Assembly (NCBI GenBank): GCA_963663165.1 | Contig: OY760175.1 | Coordinates: forward strand, 1,344,001 to 1,408,000 | Direction of reading: 5' to 3' | Source of the DNA: an uncultured Desulfospira sp. | Lineage (GTDB): Bacteria; Desulfobacterota; Desulfobacteria; Desulfobacterales; Desulfobacteraceae | DNA: 64,000 bases | Shown: in pieces, positions 32,152 through 38,989 of the stretch | Position numbering within the stretch: position 1 is the first letter of the stretch | Layout: every line of letters starts with the position of its first letter | Notes under the pieces: model-generated | Databases searched by the model: none | Seen by the model: only the letters and a program-made list of their open reading frames with translations | Told to the model about the DNA's origin: nothing | Position numbers and translations under genes: made by a program

Positions 32152-32603
32152 TCCTTATCACAATTTATCTGCACTAACAGGCCACCTTGTGTTAGCACCA
32201 AGGGCGGCCTTGTTGTATCTGTTCATTATATAATGGTGCCGATGCCTGCTTGATCTATTGTTAATGTCTTGAAACCACAGACCATTTTTGAGTTCTTTTT
32301 GGACCGTTACATTATTTTGCAATTATTCTTTTGATGACGATTTCACTCAACACTTTTAAATCACAATAAAAACATTGATTTTTATCGGTAGCATCAAGCC
32401 TCAACACCGTTACAGTATTTGAAGCTCGTCAAAAGCTGTGATTATTGGCAAAACCTTCTTAAGGGTCTATAGTCTGTGATACTTGATATCTTTAGCGAAT
32501 ATTCTCGATTATAACCGGATTGCAATATTTTGAATCTTTGATAAAATATTTATTCAGTAATGTTGAGGCCATCACAACAAAAATAGAGAATAGAGGGCTT
32601 ATC

Positions 32604-32825
32604 ATGCATCACAACACAATTTCTCCCAGCGAACAAGAAAGGTTCATTCTGGCCAAAATCAGGATGCTGCCTCCGGATAAAATTGCCGAGGTTTCAAATT
32701 TTGTGGACTTTATCAGCCAAAAAAACCAGGACCGGAAACTGAGCAAAGCCGCCCGTGAAATGGCGGAAGACGCATTCAAAAGAGTCTGGGATAATGCCGA
32801 GGATGACGCATATGATCGCCTATAA
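32604..32825 (+). CDS. Putative antitoxin (DUF2281-like)
   Basis: LPPDKIAEVSNFVDFI...WDNAEDDAYDRL; overlaps the toxin start. Confidence 0.75.
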   Translation: MHHNTISPSEQERFILAKIRMLPPDKIAEVSNFVDFISQKNQDRKLSKAAREMAEDAFKRVWDNAEDDAYDRL

Positions 32826-33150
32826 CTTCGGGGATGTTATACTGGTGCCATTTCCATTTACTGATCAGAGTACAAGTAAAAAGCGCCCGGCGGTCATCAT
32901 CAGCTCAAACTCATATAATCAAGAACGGCCGGATGTTGTAATTATGGCCATCACCAGTCAAATCCACGGTTCTGGTTATTTTGGTGATATCCGTATCCAA
33001 AAATGGCAGCAGGCCGGTCTTTTAAAAGCATCAGTCATCAAGCCGATTCTGACTACCGTTGAAAAAGGCCTCATCATAAAAAAATTAGGCTGCCTCTCTG
33101 ACAATGATCAAGAAGCCTTGAACAAAGGACTGCAAACTATTATTGGATAA
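32812..33150 (+). CDS. PemK/MazF-family toxin
   Basis: GDVILVPFPFTD...KKRPAVIIS...AITS. Confidence 0.9.
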   Translation: MIAYNFGDVILVPFPFTDQSTSKKRPAVIISSNSYNQERPDVVIMAITSQIHGSGYFGDIRIQKWQQAGLLKASVIKPILTTVEKGLIIKKLGCLSDNDQEALNKGLQTIIG

Positions 33151-33199
33151 TTCTATCATTTTTTTATGAGATCGGAACATATAAAATAGAAGCCAGCAA

Positions 33200-33306
33200 C
33201 CTTAAATCGATGTTTTTGGGGGTAAAAACAGTCGATTAAGCCCGTTTTAGGCCCCCAAATAAGCAGGTAATCCTTTAATAACTGCTGGTTAGCGTGGCCC
33301 GACCCC
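33200..33306 (+). repeat. R repeat copy C (107 bp)
   Basis: ccttaaatcgatgtttttgggggtaaaaacagtcgattaag...ggttagcgtggcccgacccc. Confidence 0.9.
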
Positions 33307-33384
33307 ACCGCGACCCACCGCGGTCCGTGCCCACCGCGCTCCGTCCGGCACCCAAGTCCCAACTATGTACTTTTTTTCAACATG

Positions 33385-33424
33385 TGTGAAAACTTTTTCA
33401 CACCGTTGTGAACTTTTTTTCACA
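33385..33424. promoter_or_regulatory. Tandem palindromic enhancer sites (PEP-CTERM-box/bEBP-like)
   Basis: TGTGAAAACTTTTTCACA (33385) and TGTGAACTTTTTTTCACA (33407), 22 bp apart and 150-190 bp upstream of a sigma-54 promoter. Confidence 0.7.
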
Positions 33425-33573
33425 ATGAGTGTTTTCCCTGATTTTTCAGCTTTCATTTTTTAATGGGGTTGTATTAAGACAATAAATAATTTCGTCTACA
33501 ACCGTTTGAATTATAAGCTTTTTAAATCCATAAATCCTAAAAGAAGAAAATAATTGACACTTTTAAAAAATTA

Positions 33574-33589
33574 TGGCACTGTTATTGCA
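33574..33589 (+). promoter_or_regulatory. Sigma-54 promoter
   Basis: TGGCAC-TGTTA-TTGCA, consensus -24/-12. Confidence 0.85.
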
Positions 33590-33790
33590 TTTATAGATTA
33601 GCGTTACACAATGAAAAAAGTAGCAAACTTAAAATTGTACCATCAGAAAGGAGGCTAAATTAGGTACAGGGTTTGGTAAGAATTTTAACTTGGGGATAAA
33701 TTAAGTATCGTCCCCGGAATTTTGAAATTTAATTAAGAAGGGGGCTGTCCCCCCGGAATTAGAATTAAGACTTAAAAGAGGATTATAATC

Positions 33791-34720
33791 ATGAAATTTT
33801 TACGTTTGTTATTAGTGGCAAGTTTGTTGGTATTGTTTTCCAACAGCGCTTATGCTGACCCCTTTGCCATAGACCTTGACGGTGATGGTGATCTTGATAC
33901 TGGTACGGGTATCGGTGGTGCTTATGTAGATGAGATAGACTACTCAAGCTATGGTATTGTAGACCTTTACATTAATAGTATTACTACGGAACTTTCAGGT
34001 GATTTTAATGAACTCGCAGTCATTAAAGTTAGCGACAGTGAATTTTCTGGTGTTGGTGATTATGAAATGACAATTGTTCTTCAGGGTTCCGGTACCTTCA
34101 CTGCTGATTATGAGACTAATACTTCAGGAGACATCATAGTGGGGGATCAGGATTTTAGTTTCACTTCCGGTTCGCTGTCGATATACATAGACGATGGCAC
34201 TAATGTAAATTTCCTATCCACAGTTGCTGATGATGGAACTTATGTCGGTGCGGACGATGGTGACAAGGTTGCGACCTTCACCTTGACAACCGGCAACGGT
34301 ACTCTTCAGACTACTGAAGGTGAGACGGACAATGTTGATATCTGGAGCCTTCTTCTCGACTCTATTGCAGAGGACACCTTTTTCTTTGAAACTGGAATTG
34401 ATTTTAATGATGTTCTTGATCTAATTGCCGGGATTTTCGTACAACTCTACACCAATGATACCAACGAAGTACTTACTGATTCTGATATAATTGCCGGTCT
34501 TGAAGATGATCTTCAAAATGAACTTGCCGATGGTAATTACACTGAGATGTCCGGTGTTATCAAAGATCCAGATACAGGTGACGTAGTAGCTGAAGCTACC
34601 AGAATTTATGTTGAAACAGAAGGCTCGGCTGAGTTCTCTATCGTTCCCGAACCTACTACCATGCTTCTTTTCGGGCTTGGCCTTCTCGGCTTTGCCGGCT
34701 TGGGCAGAAGAAAGATTTAA
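33791..34720 (+). CDS. PEP-CTERM sorting-domain surface protein
   Basis: Signal peptide (..SAYA); acidic D/T/G-rich body; C-terminal VPEPTTMLLFGLGLLGFAGLGRRKI. Confidence 0.95.
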   Translation: MKFLRLLLVASLLVLFSNSAYADPFAIDLDGDGDLDTGTGIGGAYVDEIDYSSYGIVDLYINSITTELSGDFNELAVIKVSDSEFSGVGDYEMTIVLQGSGTFTADYETNTSGDIIVGDQDFSFTSGSLSIYIDDGTNVNFLSTVADDGTYVGADDGDKVATFTLTTGNGTLQTTEGETDNVDIWSLLLDSIAEDTFFFETGIDFNDVLDLIAGIFVQLYTNDTNEVLTDSDIIAGLEDDLQNELADGNYTEMSGVIKDPDTGDVVAEATRIYVETEGSAEFSIVPEPTTMLLFGLGLLGFAGLGRRKI

Positions 34721-34751
34721 GCTTTAGATTATCGTTTTTTACTTTCGTTAC

Positions 34752-34787
34752 AAAAAACCCGGTAGCTTGTGAGGCTACCGGGTTTTT
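34752..34787 (+). terminator. Rho-independent (bidirectional) terminator
   Basis: AAAAAACCCGGTAGCT-tgtg-AGGCTACCGGGTTTTT. Confidence 0.85.
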
Positions 34788-34819
34788 GTTATTGTGCGAT
34801 TATGGTCAAAATCTAGGCG

Positions 34820-34926
34820 GGGGTCGGTCCGCGCCAACCAGCTGTTATTAAACGATTAACTGTTTAAAAACTGCCCTAAAACGAGCTTAATCGACTCTTT
34901 TCACCCCCCAAAACACTGATTTAAGG
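34820..34926 (-). repeat. R repeat copy D (107 bp, inverted relative to A-C)
   Basis: ggggtcggtccgcgccaaccagctgttattaaa...cactgatttaagg. Confidence 0.9.
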
Positions 34927-35003
34927 ATTTAACCCCAAATTCGATACTGTAAAATGGTATGGAAAGAATACGATTTTTAATATCCATATCATCCTTACGG
35001 GTC

Positions 35004-35110
35004 GGGGTCGGGCCACGCAAACCAGCTGTTATTAAACGATTAACTGTTTAAAAACTGCCCTAAAACGAGCTTAATCGACTCTTTTCACCCCCCAAAACGC
35101 TGATTTAAGG
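35004..35110 (-). repeat. R repeat copy E (107 bp), overlapping the ATPase stop codon
   Basis: ggggtcgggccacgcaaaccagctgttatt...cgctgatttaagg. Confidence 0.9.
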
Positions 35111-36422
35111 ATTTAACCCCAAATTCGATACTGTAAAATGGTATGGAAAGAATACGATTTTTAATATCCATATCATAGCCTGCCTGTGAAATTTTTATGC
35201 CAAAGTCAGATTTGAACGTATCAATAAACAGATGCATGCTTTTCATGTGCCCGTTGGCGCCGGATTTAACCTCAACGGGGATAACTTTCTCATTTTTTAC
35301 AATAAGGTAGTCTATTTCGGCGGTACTGTTCCGGGCGGCGCGGGCCCAATAATAAAGCGACGGCTTTGTATAGGCAGACTGATTTGCCATTAACTGCTGC
35401 CCTACAAACTGCTCGGAAACAGCGCCTTTAAAAATATCTGTAAAATCTTTTGCCCGGGCTGTTTCACCATAAATGTGATTCATTGCATGCATGAGTCCAA
35501 CATCAAGAAACAATGCCTTAAAATAGTTTTCTTTTGCACCGGCTTCTAAAGGCAGACCGGCGCCGCTTGTGGATTTGATCCTGACAATAACGCCTGCCAT
35601 TTCCAATAATTCAACAGCCTCTTTTAACTCTCTGGATTTAATGGAGCTGTCAATATTGGTGTAAACAAATTTTTGGCCCACCATTTTAGGCACGGCATAG
35701 AATACTTTTCGCAAATATCTGTGTTTCACTTTTTTTGCGTATTTCCCAAAGTCATCCATATACGTGTCAACTATTGACTGCTGGATTCTCTGGCATTTTT
35801 CAATATTTCCGGATAACCTATACTCCTGAAGCACCGCCGGCATACCACCTAATAAAAAGAATTTTCTAACATATTCAAGCAAACGGATATGAAGCGCCTC
35901 AGGCAATTTTTGCAGTTCAACTTTATTGTTTATATGTTTTCTCAGGGCTGTTTCGCCCATTGCATCAAGAAACTCCCCGTATGACAGGGGAAACATATAC
36001 AGGTACTGGACCCGGCCAACGGGCATACGAAAATTCTCAGAGTTCAAAGTAAATTCAACCAAAGATCCGGCGGCAATAACATGTAACTTGGGAAGTTCCT
36101 CGAAGAAATACCTTAATGCCATAATGGCTGCCGGGCAATCCTGTATTTCATCTAAAAAAAGCAATGTTTTTCCAATACTGGCTTGCTGCTGGGAAAACAA
36201 AAATATTTTTTCTAGAATTTCAACGGGATCAATACTTGTAAAAATCTCTTTATATTCAGGGTTCTTTTCAAAATTGAGTTCAATATAATTTTCAAATTCT
36301 TCCTTCCCAAAATGCCTGACCACATATGTTTTTCCAACTTGCCGTGGGCCACGGATAATTAATGGGCGCCTGTTTGATTCGGCTTTCCATTGCACAAGGA
36401 CTTCATATACATCTCTTTTCAT
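35085..36422 (-). CDS. AAA_14/DUF4143-family ATPase
   Basis: GPRQVGKT, LFLDEIQ, GGMPAV, EIDY...PVEVKSG. Confidence 0.9.
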   Translation of the reverse strand: MKRDVYEVLVQWKAESNRRPLIIRGPRQVGKTYVVRHFGKEEFENYIELNFEKNPEYKEIFTSIDPVEILEKIFLFSQQQASIGKTLLFLDEIQDCPAAIMALRYFFEELPKLHVIAAGSLVEFTLNSENFRMPVGRVQYLYMFPLSYGEFLDAMGETALRKHINNKVELQKLPEALHIRLLEYVRKFFLLGGMPAVLQEYRLSGNIEKCQRIQQSIVDTYMDDFGKYAKKVKHRYLRKVFYAVPKMVGQKFVYTNIDSSIKSRELKEAVELLEMAGVIVRIKSTSGAGLPLEAGAKENYFKALFLDVGLMHAMNHIYGETARAKDFTDIFKGAVSEQFVGQQLMANQSAYTKPSLYYWARAARNSTAEIDYLIVKNEKVIPVEVKSGANGHMKSMHLFIDTFKSDFGIKISQAGYDMDIKNRILSIPFYSIEFGVKSLNQRFGG

Positions 36423-36591
36423 TATCCATATCTCGTATTATAAATGGTTAATGAATTATAAAAGGGAGATGGCCGAAATACAAGGATATTTTCTATAGAA
36501 ATTGGACTTTTTCCAAGGTAAAAACAGATGTTTTTTGGACAAAATCCTGTCTGCGCCTTTGCACCGAGGGCTTCGCCCTATTTTTTTATAT

Positions 36592-36673
36592 TCTCACGCT
36601 AAGGCGCTAAGGCGCAAAGAAACAGCATTGCCCAAGGGGAATTTAAACTTTGCGCCTTTGCGCCTTTGCGAGA
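36592..36673. repeat. Octamer-repeat hairpin 'H' (CGC(T/A)AAGG / CTTTGCGC arms)
   Basis: tctcacgctaaggcgctaaggcgcaaag...ctttgcgcctttgcgcctttgcgaga; near-identical to 38911-38983. Confidence 0.85.
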
Positions 36674-36687
36674 TTATGGTTAGGCGG

Positions 36688-36794
36688 GGGGGCGGGCCAC
36701 GCCAACCAGCTGTTATTAAACGATTAACTGTTTAAAAACGGCCCTAAAACGAGCTTAATCGACTTTTTTCACCCCCAAAAACACTGATTTAAGG
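36688..36794 (-). repeat. R repeat copy F (107 bp)
   Basis: gggggcgggccacgccaaccagctgttatt...cactgatttaagg. Confidence 0.9.
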
Positions 36795-36806
36795 ATTTGG
36801 CTGATC

Positions 36807-37394
36807 CTATTTTGATTCAAACCTAATATCCCAATAGATTTCAGACAGCGGCAACTGGCAATTAACGGATTCCATCTTTAAAATCCGGTCTTCACCTTCG
36901 TATGAACGATATTCCCACTTACCGCCATCACCGCGTATAAATTGTTCAACATGATACTCATCCTGAGAAACAAGTATATACTCCTGAAGCGTCGGAATGG
37001 CCCGGTAATAAGCAAATTTTTTGCCTCTGTCAAAAGCCTCGGTTGACTCAGAAAGGATTTCCATTATAACAACCGGGTTTGTCAGCGTGTCAAATTCATT
37101 ATCTTCAAACTCTGGGTCACCGCAATGAATTACAATATCAGGGTAAACATAGTTGTCTGCAATTTTCACACGCATATCATTGGAAACTGCTTTACAGGCG
37201 GAGTTATCCGCTTTGAATTTATTTCTTAACTCCCCTGCCAGGTTGGCATTAATATAAATATGATTTTTTTTTGCGCCAACCATGGCAAAGACTTCACCAT
37301 CAAAAAATTCATGTTTAACATCAAGAGCGTTTCTTTCAAGGTCAAGATACTCCCCTGGTGTCATTTTATTTTTATCCTGAGCCTGTGAGGTCAT
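36807..37394 (-). CDS. Uma2-family (DUF820) endonuclease
   Basis: KHEFFDGEVFAM, YPDIV, EILSESTEAFDRGKKF, LQEYILVSQ. Confidence 0.9.
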   Translation of the reverse strand: MTSQAQDKNKMTPGEYLDLERNALDVKHEFFDGEVFAMVGAKKNHIYINANLAGELRNKFKADNSACKAVSNDMRVKIADNYVYPDIVIHCGDPEFEDNEFDTLTNPVVIMEILSESTEAFDRGKKFAYYRAIPTLQEYILVSQDEYHVEQFIRGDGGKWEYRSYEGEDRILKMESVNCQLPLSEIYWDIRFESK

Positions 37395-37474
37395 CTTTTC
37401 CCTCCCATTTTGATTCAATTTGCCTGAATGACTTTATACACATAATAATATACGTGCGGTTTGCCCCCCTGTCT

Positions 37475-38686
37475 CTAATATAAAAAACCAAATAAGAATA
37501 AAGGGATTTCATACCTGGAGCTAAAAAGGATGTCGTCTTTAACTAGAAATGCCTGGTCCAGATGGCCCTTTATCTGCTTTTTGCCCTTGTTTTTCCCGCC
37601 AATTTCAAAAAAAAGGCCATTGACTTCAAAATCGCCGGTGTCACTGTAATGGATCTTATGGCCACTGTTTTGTATCATTCTTATAAAAAAAATCTCCCTG
37701 ATGGTTCCAAGTTGTGAGGAAAAGCCTGTCTCATCACTGACAGCTGCATAAATATCAGGATTATCAAGATAGATTTTTTCGGTCTGCTTGAGCAGACCGC
37801 CACCGGATTTGTTCTTTTTCACAAGTTCTGCCAGACCAGATTCGTTCAAAATATTCAAATAATTCTGAACGGTTTTATGATCCAGGCCTAAGGTTTTTGC
37901 AATGCTGTTTCGGTTCAATTCCCCCGGTGGGACTGTGGAAAGATAAGAGATAATCCGCTTAAAAAAATGCAGATTCTCTGTCTTTAATTTGTAGAAATTG
38001 GCAATGTCTTCAAAAACGGTTTTTTCCACTACCCTTAATATTTTCTGATGATAGGTTGCCGTCCCCTCCAGGTGAAAAGGATAATACCCCCGGCCCAGAT
38101 AATTTTTAAAATGGCCTTTAATTTTGTTAATGCCGACCGTTTGAGCACTTATATCTGAATGGTTATTCAGAAGAATGCTAAGTTGAACCGGGGCCATATC
38201 CACCACGTTGTTAAACAGGAGATACTCCCTGAACGACAGCCCTTCCAGGCGGTACAGGACCCCTCTTCTGGACAGGTCGTGGCTTTCCCTGACAAGGTCA
38301 ATACTCGAACTTCCCGAAAAAACAATCCAGACATCCGGGTAGGCATCATAAATATTTTTTAGCTCCTGATTCCAGTTGGTATATTTATGTATTTCATCCA
38401 GAAAAAAATAGTGAACGCCGTGTTCTTCAAGCAATTCATTTACAAATTCAATCAGAAGCCCGTTAGAAAAATAAATATGGTCCATTGAAACATAAATGCA
38501 GTCATCCGGGTTTTCCATTTTTTCTTTTATGTATTGAAGCAGAAGCGTTGTTTTTCCTGTTCCCCTGGGACCAATTACGCCGGTTAAACGGCTGTCCAGG
38601 CGAAATGAATCGAAAAGGTAGCGGTGATGGGGATATTGAATTGAGTTTAGCAGTCGTTTATATGTTTGAATAAAATAAGATATCAT
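37475..38686 (-). CDS. AAA_14-family ATPase
   Basis: GPRGTGKTT, FLDEIHKY, SGSSS, FEIGGKNK; start uncertain (ORF extends to 38734). Confidence 0.85.
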   Translation of the reverse strand: MISYFIQTYKRLLNSIQYPHHRYLFDSFRLDSRLTGVIGPRGTGKTTLLLQYIKEKMENPDDCIYVSMDHIYFSNGLLIEFVNELLEEHGVHYFFLDEIHKYTNWNQELKNIYDAYPDVWIVFSGSSSIDLVRESHDLSRRGVLYRLEGLSFREYLLFNNVVDMAPVQLSILLNNHSDISAQTVGINKIKGHFKNYLGRGYYPFHLEGTATYHQKILRVVEKTVFEDIANFYKLKTENLHFFKRIISYLSTVPPGELNRNSIAKTLGLDHKTVQNYLNILNESGLAELVKKNKSGGGLLKQTEKIYLDNPDIYAAVSDETGFSSQLGTIREIFFIRMIQNSGHKIHYSDTGDFEVNGLFFEIGGKNKGKKQIKGHLDQAFLVKDDILFSSRYEIPLFLFGFLY

Positions 38687-38910
38687 CTGGAGTATATTCC
38701 AACTTATTATCATTTTTTTGGGAGTATACTCCAATTATAGGAAAAAATCAAACTTTGCAAGGGGGGGGTTATCGGGTGACCCTACGACCATGCCTTCATT
38801 TGGAACACGGAGAATTGGCACGATACTAATTAATTGGATTGAATAATTGGGCAGTAAAAATTACATTTTACCCTTTGGCCTATCAAAAAACCCGCCCTCT
38901 ATTTTTATAT

Positions 38911-38983
38911 TCTCACGCTAAGGCGCTAAGGCGCAAAGAAACAGCATTGCCCAAGGGAGGTTAAGCTTTGCGCCTTTGCGAGA
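38911..38983. repeat. Octamer-repeat hairpin 'H', copy 2
   Basis: Same arms and same loop (aacagcattgcccaaggg) as 36592-36673. Confidence 0.85.
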
Positions 38984-38989
38984 TTATTT

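Larger units (their letters stand above)
26764..32414 (+). mobile_element. Putative TGT...ACA transposon with DDE transposase and AAA ATPase, carrying a nested ISAzo13
   Basis: TGTAACG at 26764 and 26799, CGTTACA at 32305 and 32408; inner pair AAATAATGTAACG / CGTTACATTATTT; no TSD found, so the ends are tentative. Confidence 0.5.

Noticed and set aside
33156..33362. Short ORFs over repeats (also 36502-36735, 8052-8240, 47918-48109, 55386-55568)
   Set aside because: They are translations of R, H, heptamer or poly-C repeats with no protein-like features.
22336..35176. DGR or retron (RT plus the 184-bp offset duplication as TR/VR)
   Set aside because: The RT lies within clear group II intron domains V/VI, and the duplication lacks multiple adenine-specific mismatches.
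21396..36794. Classical integron with attC sites
   Set aside because: No tyrosine recombinase is in the window, R lacks complementary RYYYAAC/GTTRRRY ends, and copies occur in both orientations. An atypical CALIN is not fully excluded without a covariance search.
38816..38832. Sigma-54 promoter TGGCACG...
   Set aside because: There is no GC at the -12 position and no correctly oriented downstream gene.
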